From Squalus acanthias (Eukaryota), in the NCBI GenBank assembly GCA_030390025.1, contig CM059432.1:89468001-89532000 (forward strand): DNA of 64,000 nucleotides, in the 5' to 3' direction. The first letter of the stretch is position 1; every line of letters begins with the position of its first letter. Position numbers and translations under genes: made by a program. Shown here piece by piece: positions 1 through 11,650 of this stretch. The notes under the pieces are model-generated. The model was not told the DNA's origin. It saw nothing but the letters and a program-made list of their open reading frames with translations, and did no database searches.

Positions 1-112
1 GCGAACTGCTTCGAAAGCTTGTAAAATTAAATAAATCTGTTGGACTATAACCTGGTGTTGTGCGACTTCTCATTTTTGTCCACCCCAGTCCAACGCCGGC
101 ATCTCCACATCA
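1..112 (+). mobile_element. 3' terminus of a Penelope-like element (partial hammerhead tail), cut by window edge
   Basis: Near-identical to the 3' ends of the Penelope copies at 30741-30842 and 52391-52452 (CGAAAGCTTGT...CTGTTGGACTATAACCTGGTGTTGTGCGACTTCTC). Confidence 0.8.
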
Positions 113-773
113 TAAAAAAAGGAAGCCAAGCACTAGGGTTTATTTCTAGAGGGATAGAATTGAAAAGTAGGGAAGTTATGCTAAACCTGTATTGAACCTT
201 GGTTAGACCACACTTAGAGTACTGTGTACAGTTCTGGTTGCCATATTATAAAAAGGATACAGAGACACTGGAGAGGGTGCAGACAAGATTTACAAGGATA
301 ATACCAGAAATGCGAGGGTATACATATCAGGAAAGGATGAACAGGCTGGGTCTCTTTTCTCTTGAAAAAAGAAGGCTGAGGGGTGACCTAATAGAGGTCT
401 TTAAAATTATGAAAGGTTTTGATAGAGTGGATACAGAGAGAATGTTTCTACTTGTGGGAAATATCATAACTAAAGGCCATCCATATAAGATAGTCACCAA
501 GAAATCCAATAGGGAATTCAGAAGAAACTTCTTTACCCAAAGAGTGGTGAGAATGTGGAACTCGCTACCACAGGGAGCGGTTTAAGTGAATAGTATAGAT
601 GCATTTAAAGGGAGGCTAGACAAGCATATGAGGGAAAAGGAAATAGAGGGCTATGCTGATAGATTTAGATGAGGAAAAACAAGAGGAGGCTCAAGTGGAG
701 CATAAACGCCAGCAGGGACTGATTGGGCCAAATGGCCTGTTTCTGTGCCGTATATCCTATGTAATCCTATGTA
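113..773 (+). mobile_element. CR1-type LINE 3' fragment (RT C-terminus plus 3' UTR and short repeat tail)
   Basis: ORF 199-585 VRPHLEYCVQFW...LFSLEKRRLRGDLIEVFKI...FFTQRVVRMWNSLP is typical CR1 ORF2 C-terminus; ends in an ATCCTATGTA repeat. Confidence 0.9.
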
Positions 774-1280
774 GTGCCCTTGCTGTTGCTTGTCAGCCAG
801 CCAGTCCCAACTGCTGCTGCCCATGTTGAGGTGGTGCAGTCTGAAGCCGGGCCTTCTAGGCTCAGAGCTGCTCGAGGTCATCCTGCAAGGCCATTTGCAG
901 TCTCCGCCACTGAAAGTCAGCAGGTTTCCACCAGCCATGCTGTAGCCTCTGGGGTAGTACGGCATAGGAGCACTAGGACAGGCAAAGGCACACGGAAGAC
1001 AGGCACTAAAGGAATGCACAAAGGTGATTAGTTGTCATTCGTATGCAATATGGTATGGTTTCATTTATAAATTTGGTTTGGAATGTTTCTTTTGTGTTGG
1101 CTTTTTTTTTGCATTGTGGCCCTTTGCACTGTGATGGTCAGTAACAGAGGGGAGGTAAGGTGTGGGACTGTTGTTGAATGTGGAATTGGAGTTGCGTTTA
1201 CTGGTATTGCAGCCAGATGAGTCAGTCACAGACAGCCCAGTCAGAAAGAGACTGTCTGGGCTGCCTCCTCCCTTCCTCTT

Positions 1281-1311
<31 letters not shown>

Positions 1312-3406
1312 TTCCTCTCCTCCTCCTCCTCCTCCTCCTCCCTTTCTCTTCCTCCTCCGCCTTACAACAGTGACTACACTCCAAAAGTACTTCATTGGCT
1401 GTAAAGCGCTTTGAGAATTCCGCTGGTCGTGAAAGACACTATATAAATGCAAGTCTTTCTTTTCTTTCTTTCCTCCTTTTTGTCCTCCTGCTCCTCAGCT
1501 GATCGCCATATGGCTGGTGGCAAGGGATGTGCCCTCATGGTGGCGAGTACTGTAGGTCTCCTTCAGAGCGGTTCAGGCAGCGGAAGGGTTGCTTCAGCAC
1601 GCCAATAACGTGCTCGATGATGTTTCGTGTGGCAGTATGGCTTTCGTTATCTGAATGCTGCCCACGTGTGCAGGAGTTGCACACTGGAATCATGAGCCAT
1701 GTTGTTAATGGATAGCCCTTGTCTCCCAGTAGCCACCCTCTGGTTTGTCATGGTGGCTCAAATGCAGATGGGACAGCGGACTGACACAGAATGAAGGCAT
1801 CATGACTGCTGCCACGATACACGCATTCACTTGCATGATTCGTTGAGTATGGTCACAAACCAGCTGGACATTGAGGGAGTGCAGTACATCTCAGAGTTGA
1901 AATGCAGTGCCTGCAAAGCAATGTGTGTGTAATCAATGGCACCCTGCACCATGGGGAGCATGCAATCCTGGCAAAGCCGTGTGCTCACTCCACCTGCTGC
2001 TCTCTGGCCAGGGAGAAGGAAATGTATTCAGCTCTCTTGGAATACAGAGCCTCAGCTACCTCCCTTATGCAACAGTGCATGGCGAACTGGGAGATGTTGC
2101 AAATATCTCCTGCTCCAGCCTGGAAGGAGCCCGATGCATAAAAGTTCATGGCGACTGTGACCTTCACAGCCACTGGCAAAGCAGCCCTTGCCCTTCTCTG
2201 AGGTTGCAGTTGTAGCTGCAGCAGGTGGTAGATTTCAGTGAGGACATCCTTGGTGAAGCGCAGACATCTGTCACACTGTGCCTGGGCGGATAGAGACTCC
2301 TGCTGAGAGCCCTTCTCCCCCTCCTCCTCCTTCCTCTGCCAGCAGCTTGTCCTGCTCTGTGTTGCCTCTGCTCATTCTCTCTGTTGTGCTGTAGGCGAAG
2401 TGGAATGCCTACTACTGCACCCATGTCTTGCAGCAAGTGGTCTACAGAGGATCCTTGAAGTCAGGATAAAGTCCCTGTAGACTCTAGCAACTTTAAATAA
2501 CTGGATAGATAAATGTATAAAGTTGGATTGGAAGGTTTGATTTGTGGTGGCTATTATTTTAGCATCGTGGCCAAGAGACGCTGTGATGGTCAGTAACAAA
2601 GGGAAGGGAAGGTGTGGGACAAATGTGGAAAAGGGAATTGAGGTGTGGTCACTGATACCGCAGGCAGATGATTCCATCCCAGATATCCCGGCCATGAAGG
2701 GATTGTCTGTGTTGCATTTTTCCTTCTGCTTCCTCCTCTTCAGCTTCTTCCTCTTCTGCGTCTTTCTCTTCCCTCTGCGAGCGGATGCTGTAAATCTGAA
2801 ATGACAGCATAAAATGCTGGAAATACTCAGCTGGTCAGATAGCATCTCAACCTGAGAAGTGAACTCTGTATCTCTCTCTACGGATGTTGCCTGACCTGCT
2901 GAGTATTTGCAGCATTTTCTGTCTTCTCAGAGGCCTTCCTTTAACATCCGAGGCCTTGCAAGCATCCAGCAGCACTCCATACACACTTAAAAAACTTTTA
3001 ACATCTATTGCAGCAAGCCACTACTTCAATAAAATAAAAAAGCTCAGTCGAAAAGCTTAAATGCAAACTTACCTGAAAGATGTGTGTGTCCCTTTGAGAG
3101 GTGCTGACATAGCCACTGTCAGCCTGCTTGCACATCAGGTTTACCTGGCGTGCTTAGAACCCAGCACTGAATTTAGTGCTAGGGTCGCAGTTCGGTGTGG
3201 TGATGTTAAGTCGGCATTGCACGCCGATTGACGTCAGCATGCTGCCATTTTTTTCCAGGGCGCTGCCAGTTATCGGCAGCGCAAAGAGAGGGAGGAATAT
3301 GGCGGCTGCCACGGGACCCGCCACCAGCTGGCGAAAGAGCGGCGGCTGCCTTTTTTTGCCATTTCATGGCGCTACAGCGTGGCGCTAAGTAGATGAATTT
3401 CTAGCC
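774..3406. mobile_element. Degenerate Harbinger/PIF transposon (end of Myb-like gene on +, transposase relic on -)
   Basis: 774-1031 ends ...KGMHKGD* exactly like the Myb-like gene in the 54351-57966 copy. Minus strand ~1500-2430 has HARBI1-like fragments ([28 protein letters not shown]). TIR-like end GAATTTCTAGCC at 3395-3406. Confidence 0.75.
1265..1360. repeat. (TCC/TTC)n microsatellite
   Basis: Directly visible; probably the poly-Glu tail of the Harbinger transposase relic read on the minus strand. Confidence 0.85.
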
Positions 3407-3454
3407 TACAATCTTTCACAGAGCGTTTATAGTTGGGAAACACCAGGAAAAGGA

Positions 3455-4020
3455 CCAATAGGATTTAGGATTTTCTAAATAGGGACATTGAATACATAAA
3501 CAAAGAAGTAATGATGAATATGTGTAAGACATTGGTTAGATCACAGTTGGAGTTCCGTTTACATTTTGGGCAGGATATTGGAGCCATAGAAAAGGTTAAT
3601 ATAGATTCAGGGATGATTTCAGGGATGAGAGGATACAGTTGTTGGGAGAGTTGTATTCATTGGAGCAGAGAAGGTTCAGGTGGATCTGATAGATGTGTTC
3701 AAGTTAAGAAAGAGTTTGAGAGGAAACTTGTGAAAGATTATTTCCACAGTTTGATGAAATCAGTAACAAGGGGCATACGTTTAGGATTAGTACTTAAAGC
3801 ACAAAGAGAGAGATTGGAAGAACTTTATTCATGCAAAGAGTTATATTACCACAAATAGCAATTGAATCAAATTCAATCTCAACACTTAGAGGGAGATAAA
3901 TAAACACTTGAAGAAGAAAAATATTCGAGAGTACAGAGAGAAAGCAGAAAATGGGATGAGTAGATATCTCTGATTTGGAGTTGGCATTGACACAGGTAGG
4001 ATGAGGTGAAATAGACTCCT
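3455..4020 (+). mobile_element. Old degenerate CR1 LINE 3' fragment
   Basis: KTLVRSQLEF remnant and CR1-like 3' end, many disruptions. Confidence 0.6.
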
Positions 4021-4891
4021 TAACTTAACTTTTTATTATCCTTTGATTCTAAATTTTATTCTGTGCCCATTACATACAACACAAGTTTTAAATTTTGACT
4101 GTAAAGCATACTCCACAACACAAGCCGCTTTGAAAAAAAATCAATGGAAATCATAATTAATACAAATTAGAATATGTGTTGTAACTAGCTTTTTTCCATG
4201 AATATTAAAATAAAATGAGATGAAAAGATCTTAATGAAGAAACAAACTCACATTTGACAAAGCATTAGCTAAAACTTGATGAATTAGTTACTGTAACAGT
4301 AAGAGTGCACAGTACAGAACAAATGCAAACAATATAGCTCTTCAGTAGAACTGAGATAGAGAGGGAGATTGTTAGGGGAAAGCCGAAAGATCCATTTAGA
4401 ATTTGAAAAAACACTAGAAATTGTATAAAAGAAGATGGATAAAATTATGTTTCTTCTATTAAAAAAAGCTCTTCTGTCAATATTGCATAAAGCTTGAAAT
4501 GTTATTTCAGCGAGCAATTTCAATTACCCACAAACCATAGATACAAAAGCCAAGGTGAACCTTGGATGCAGTTTTGTTTGGTATGGGATGTTGAAGTCAA
4601 AGTGCAACTAGGCCAAAATTTGTGACAAAATTAATTCTAGAGCATGAAAAAGTATTTCTGTTCTGCAATGTGAAAAATGTTATCATTGATTTTCTGCTGG
4701 ATTTATGCCAGGTGCAAACATACCTCCAACAGATGTGGCAGAACATTTTTCAGGAGTCAATCCATTAGCTCCATTCTCACCCCATGACTTCTGGTATCTT
4801 CCACTGCAGGTAGACAACCAAGTTTCCATTATACAGAACTGATAGAAATATGGGTAGCAATTTCCACAAAAGCAATTTTAAAAAACTGTTA

Positions 4892-7442
4892 GGGCTGGAT
4901 TTTTCCAACCTAGGCAGGTCCAGGGCGGGCGACGTCGGTGGCGTGGGGGGACCTCGCATCTGTCTCAATCCCGACCTCCAACAAGATATTCTGATGATGG
5001 GCCTTGTTAAGCCAGTCCTGCGAGGTTCCTGACCAATTAATAGAAAGCGGGTCTGATGACATCATTTCCTTAAAGGGGCCATGTCCAAATTGATTTTGAC
5101 AGTTGTGCTGTCAGTGTTCTACAGCATTGAGGTGCTGCAAACACTGACAAGCACTGCACAAAAGTGCACAGCTGCACCCAGGCTCTCCCATGACTCCCTC
5201 CATCTGCATATGGAGGGAGTCACAGCATGCAGGGAGGTTCTCTTCCCTTCCAATAGGCGGAAGACACCTCCCCAGGACACCAATGCAGCCTGGTTGCACA
5301 TTGCACAGGAGGGCACAAGCAGGGATGTCGTCAGGAGGACAAGGCTGCAGTGGCACAAACCTTACAAAGATCTCAGTAGATCACGAAACGTTACTGCCAT
5401 GCCACACTCAATCTCATCCTGCTGTGCCACTCATCACATCCCCATCACTCTGCCTTCCCTACCCTAATCCTGCACATCTTTACTCACACCAACTTATCTT
5501 GCACCTCCACCCATCCCTCTCTATCTACATTATCACTTCCCCATTTCACTAGTCACACCTCACACTCACCCTCATCCTACTGCAAGCATACCAACTAAGA
5601 ACACACAAGGGTAGGCACTTGGGTGGTTTAGCCAATGTTCAAGTAAAGTTTCTGTTAATGCGCTGTCAAACATTGAAATCTTTATTTTCAGCAGTTTGCA
5701 TTCTTGGACAGATTTGTGCACACCTTTGAAAGTGTCTTAGTGAGTTGCAGTGAATAGTGAGACATAACGGACTGGATTTTGAATGACCCATGGAGTCGGG
5801 TTTGGAGGCGTGTGGGGGATAAATTTGCGGGGTCAGGGTTTCCGACCCCATCCTGACTCCATCCCGCCTCCACGCAATTTTGACATAATCAGTCGCGGGG
5901 TTCCCGACTCCGTCCCGCCTTCAAGAGGCGGGAGAGGCCATTAAAGCCCTTAACAAGCTCTAAATTGGCTCTGTAATGCCATTTCAAAATGCTGTAGCTA
6001 GTTTAACCCTCTTCTGACGTGAAGCACGCCTGGTGTGAAACACTCCAGTGAAACCTGGCGGGAGCGCAAGTGGATAGCTGACTATCGGCTGCAGGTCCAC
6101 TATTACAACGGAGATGTGATGAAGGTAGTAGTAGTATTAGGTCTGAACATCGCCTCTGATGCTGCTGCATTGAATGTCTTCAGAGACTGCCTGGGAGGAC
6201 TTGCTTGGCAAAAAATTCTCTCTCTCTCTCTCTCTCTCCATCCACCCCCCCACTCCTCTACACCACCACCACCCATTTTTGCATCCAGGTCCACCCACAT
6301 CAAAAGCCAGGCAGGTCCTCTCTCACCAACAGTCTCTGAGACTAGCCAGTCAGCAATGATGACATCATCAGAGGCGACTTTCAGACTGAAAACACTAATT
6401 AGTTCATGGGTTCCCACATGCTCCAACTCAATTGCCCAATTAAGTGAAAATTGCATCAGGCATCCACATTAATCTAGAGTCGGGGGGGAAACACGAAATG
6501 CGGATTACACGACCCCAACCCGACCCCAAGACAAAATCCAGCCCAACGTTCCCCCCCCCCACCCCCCCAATAGTGATGAGTGTGAAAGGAATGGCTTGGG
6601 CATTGTAGGGATGCTTTATGGCGCTGGTCTGGGGTGGTGCCAACCTGGTGCATCATGTGGCAGCCAGGGTGTACAGTGTTAAGTGAAGCAAATCTGGACA
6701 TGGTGAGGCCATCGCTGGTGACCCAGGCAGCAATGTGCACGGGTGATGATGCCCTGTGTCCAGTGCAGCATCAGTTGATTGCAGAGAAGGTTGGTGTGGA
6801 TGCTGGTGCTGCTGGTGTGCCCGGTGATGCTGGTGTTGGGGCTGATCGTGTTGGGATTCTGAGGACCAAGGTGAAATTTTTTCAAGGGCACCGATGATGA
6901 TGGAATAGATGGCAGGTAAGGTTGAGATGACAGAAGTAATCTGTCAGTGTTGAGATAAGTTGTTCCAAGAGGTGACAGTGGATAGAGAGATTACTCCAAA
7001 CACTTCAAAAGTCCATAAAGCTCAAAAGTGGGTTCCAAATACTGAAGGCTGAAGCTTCTGAGATTGGAAAGTGACCAGCTGTAAAATGATAGGTTTTAAA
7101 CCACTTTTGCAGCTGTCACCTATTGAAAGAAATGAAGAGTTGTTCCGAACCCGACATACTTACCTGGTGTGATCCCCGAGTGACGGGAACCTCATGGAAA
7201 ACTTGGCAAAATGCTTTGGAACTGGGAAATGGGGATTAAATTACTTTAAACACCCTCTTAACAAGCACAGTTGAATGACCCGCCGCTTAGTGCCGTGTCT
7301 GCAACGCACAGGCAGAACCGGCACTAGGGAAACTGACAAGGAGGCGGGTTTAGAGTGGGATACCGCCCCACTGTCAATCTTTTTGATTTTGACAGCGACC
7401 CGCCTCCGAACCCGCCCTCTGAGCGCCAGCAAAATTCAGCTC
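4892..7442 (+). mobile_element. Non-autonomous Harbinger (Myb/SANT exon retained), copy A, with a nested insertion
   Basis: TIR GGGCTGGATTTT / AAAATTCAGCTC, TTA TSD on both sides. Myb-like remnant AAPRLSHDSLHLHMEGV...AWLHIAQE. Colinear with 8535-10308. Confidence 0.8.
5769..6544. mobile_element. Harbinger-type MITE nested in copy A
   Basis: TIR GGACTGGATTTTG / CAAAATCCAGCCC, AAC TSD (5766-5768, 6545-6547). Absent at the matching site of copy B (~9431). Confidence 0.85.
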
Positions 7443-8534
7443 TTAGAATTTTCTTTAAAGTTCTTCGGGCAGCACAAAGGCCATCAGCAATGCTAATTTG
7501 GCCTGCTGCAGCTGTTCTCCGCACATCCCCCAGATAAACTCGCTGGCAGGAGGCAGGGAGCCTGCAAAATTGATTCAAGTGTTAGTAAGCTGAGCAAATC
7601 AGCTAGAGTCAGGGCCATGTTTATCTTTCTTTTTTCTTTTCATATCCTTGCGTCAGGTGGAACACCCACAATTCTGATAGCATGAGACATACAATATGTC
7701 TTCCCTCAAAATTTGAATTGAAAGCTGAGCGGGGGTTATTTTAACCTAAGCCGCCAGGTGGGAAGCGGACAATCAATCGGCCACCTTGGCTTTAATGGAA
7801 AGTAAAACAGGGTATAAAACGGGAGTCCGGTCCAATCCCGGCCAGTTTCTCACTGGGCAGGTTAGGTTAAATGACCCCTGGTGAAACTCCCAGTTACCAT
7901 ATTTCATTTCATGTTTTTCTTCCTTTTTCTTCTTTAGATATCCTCAAGGGTACAGACAAGTGAGCTGCCTCCAGATTTCTTATAATGCTGATGTGCGATC
8001 AGCTGTTAGTAGGTTCATAAATACTGCTTGTGATGACTTGCCCCTCTGATTAACTCTCCTTGCCTATAGAGAGATGCCTGTTCCACTCAGACTCCTTATA
8101 TGATAGACATGGAGAAGGAATTCCATTTGGTTTATCCACTGAACAATCCAGAAAAGATCTATAGTTCCTCCCATTACAGCATATAGCTGTTACTTAAACA
8201 ATTCCATGCTATTTATCCATTCCATGTATTGATCACTCTTTGTGTGAAGAGCTCCCCAATATCAGTCCTAAATTTGGCTTTAACTAGTTTGAATCTATGC
8301 CCTCTTGTCTTACTCTCATGGTTTCATATAAAGTAATACTCTATAAAGTAAAGTAACTTCTCTATACAATTTACTAGGCTAGAAATTCTGATCAGAAAAC
8401 TTCACATATGATCATTAGTCCATCTATTGCATTCTGGTGTGCTCACTTTTTATGCTGGCATTAGCTCACTCATTGTAATTGGATTAATGTCTGCAAAAAG
8501 ATAGCATGCACAGGACTGTAGTACAAGACTTTAA

Positions 8535-10308
8535 GGGCAGGATTTTCCCTGTGGAGGCGGGATGGTGGTGGGAGAGCTGGTTAGCGGGTTCCAGTTCCGC
8601 TCCTGTCTGCAGCCGCTCTCTGGAAATAATTTTCCGCAGATTGGCTTTGTTAAGCCCAACCTGCGAGGTTCCCAGCCAATTAACAGGAAGCGGGTCTGAT
8701 GACGTCATTTGATGACGCATCATCAGCCGGTTTCCTTAAAGGGACCATGGCCACATTGATTTTGACAGTTGTGCTGTCAGTGTTCTACAGCATTGAGGTG
8801 CTGCAAACACTGACAAGCACTGCACAAAGGTGCACGGCTGCACCCAGGCCCTCCCATGACTCCCTCCATATGCTTACGGAGGGAGTCACAGCGTACAGGG
8901 AGGTTCTCTTCCCTTCCAATGGGTGGAAGAAACCTCCCCAGGACACCAACACAGCCTGGTTGCACATTGCACAGGAGGGCAAAAGCAGGGATGTTGTCAG
9001 GAGGACAGGCTGCAGTGGCGCAAACCTTTCAATGATCTCAGTAGATCACGAAATGTTACTGTCAAGCCACACTCAACCTCATCCTGCTGTGCCACTCATC
9101 ACATCCCCATCACTCTGCTTTCCCTACCCTACTCCTACACATCCTTACTCACAACAACTTACCTTGCACCTCCACCCATCCCTCTCTATCTACATTATCA
9201 CTTCCCCATCTCACTAGCCACCCCTCACACTCACCCTCATCCTAGTCCAATCATACCAACTAACAACACACAAGGGTAGGCACTTGGATGTGTTATGCAA
9301 TGTTCATGTAAATTTTCTGTTAATGTGTTGTCAAATATTGAAATCTTTATTTTCAACACTTTGCCTTATTGTACAGATCTGTGTTCACCTTTGGAAGTGT
9401 CTTTGTGAGTTGCAGTGAATGGTGGGACGTAACGATATCCCCCGCAATGGTGATGAGTGTGAAAGGAGCGGCTTGGTCATTGTAGGAATGTCTTATGGTG
9501 CTGGTGTGGGGTGGTGTTAACCTGGTGCATCTTGTGGCAGCTAGGGTGTACAGCGTCAAGTGAAGTAAATCTGGTCATGGTGATGCCATTGCTGACCTCC
9601 CGGGCAGCAATGCTGTCGGGTGCTGATGCCCTGTGTCCTGTGCAGCATCAGGTGATTGCGGAGAATGTTGGTATTGTTGTTGGTGATGTTGGTATGCCTG
9701 GTGATGTTGGTGTTGGGGCTGATCGTGGAGGGATTCAGAGGACCAAGGAGAGATTTTTTCAAGTGCACCGATGTTGCTGGAATAGATGGCAGCTGAAGTT
9801 GAGATGGCAGAAGTGATCTGTCAATGGTGAGAGAGCTTGCTCCAAGGAGGCGATAGTGCATATAGAGTTAACACTACACACTTACAGCCTCAAGACAGAA
9901 TGTGTCTCCCAAATCATGAAATCAGCAACCTCTGACATTTGAAATTGAACAGATGTGAGAGTGCAACTTTTAGACTGCAGTTGCAGCTGTGAAGTATCCA
10001 GCTCGTTAGTCGTCCCAACACACTTACCTGGCGTGATATCCGAACGGTGTGAAACCCATTGAAAATGTTGGAAAATAGGAAAAGGCTGTCCAAATTGCAA
10101 TTAACAAGCACTTAACAAGCAGTTAAGTGTCTTAAATCACTCACCCGCCGCTTGGTGTCGGGTCTGTTGTGAAATCGCAGACCCGACACTCTTGAAACTC
10201 ACACGGAGGCGGGATCGCGGCGGGTTGACAGCCCGCCGTCAATCATTTTGAATTTAACAGCTGACCTGCATCCGAACCCACCCTCTGAGCGCCGGCTAAA
10301 TCGCGGCC
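8535..10308 (+). mobile_element. Non-autonomous Harbinger (Myb/SANT exon retained), copy B
   Basis: TAA TSD; ends GGGCAGGATTTT...AAATCGCGGCC. Same Myb-like remnant (ORF 8699-9217) as copy A. Confidence 0.8.
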
Positions 10309-10534
10309 TAAGAGGTCATATGAGCAGTTCACCAAACAGAATTTCCACATTAACTTCTTATACTCCCATTGGATTGGTTAAGGCAGGGAGGGAGGGGTGG
10401 GTGGGCGGCTGTGCAGATGTGCTCTGTGCATGCATTATGGGGAAGACAGGAAGAATGGTGGTTCCTGGGAATTGTACTTAATTTGTCTGGCACACTTCCT
10501 GGGCCAGGGATTTTTTTTTTGCTAACCTATATAC

Positions 10535-10835
10535 ATATAGAAGTTACAACACAGAAACCGACAATCTGGTCCAACCAGCCCATGTCGGTATTTACCCTCA
10601 CACGAGCAAGTAGTTCTAATTTCATTTACCCACCCTGTTCCAAAATCCCTTCAACCCATTTTCCTTCATCCACATATCCAAACTAATCCTGAATGTTGAC
10701 ATAGTTTCTGCGTCCACCACTAACCCTGGAACAAACAGCCTCACAACTCTCTGTGTAAAGAAGCTTCTCTGTTCAAAATCTCTTACATTTAATCTTGTAT
10801 CCATGACCACTCATTCTGGACCCCATTACTACTGG
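10535..10835 (-). mobile_element. CR1 LINE 3' fragment
   Basis: Minus ORF contains RSFFTQRVVRL...TFRISLD. Confidence 0.65.
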
Positions 10836-11475
10836 AAATTAAGTTGAGCTAGTGTGGTCTAGCTCATAGATAAAATGGTAATAACAGAGGTGCAGTTATA
10901 AATTAATAAATTAAGGCATTATGTTGATTATTAATTGTAGTGAGGAGCTGATTGATTTATAACATTCCTTAAATATAGTAATTAATTAAATTACCATATT
11001 TAATATATTTATTTAGGAAATTTGGTGGACAAAATTTATTTCAGAAATTTATGTCCCTTTTTAGTGGACAAAATAGATGCCTATTTTATATGTCAGTAAG
11101 GATCACTGCTGTGGCTGGGGCGTACTGCATTCAATTCTGGGCACAGTTCTGTATTGGCTTATTGTTCTTGTGTTACAGTGCTCTGCCAGAGCAAGTACAG
11201 CACAGCAACTGGACCCAAACATTAAGCAAGTGCCAACCACAGATTGAAGAAACAAATTTCTGTTCTATTTATCTGTATACATTTAAACTTATACAAAAGA
11301 GTGTGATGGCCTATCTGTCCACAGCTGATTTATGCCTTTTGGACTTTTAAACAGGTAAATAAACTGTGCAAATTGAAAGCCACGCTGCCCACTGTCCTCA
11401 CTGAGACAAAAGCTGAACAAAGGAGCAGGGCCTTAACTTCTGCTGAAGAAACTTTATCAACTTGTACATATATTA

Positions 11476-11650
11476 GAACATAACATAAGAACATAAGAAA
11501 TAGGAGCAGGAGTAGGCCATTTGGCCCTTCGAGCCTGCGCCGCCATTCAATAAGATCATGGCTGATCTTCTACCTCATCTCCACTTTCCTGAACTATCCC
11601 CATATCCCTTGATTCCCTTAATATTCAAAAATCTGTCGATCTCTGTCTTG
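11476..11650 (-). mobile_element. CR1 LINE 3' UTR/tail
   Basis: (ATAAGAAC)n tail plus GGAGCAGGAGTAGGCC...CGAGCCTG motif shared with the CR1 ends at 28875 and 36268. Confidence 0.75.
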
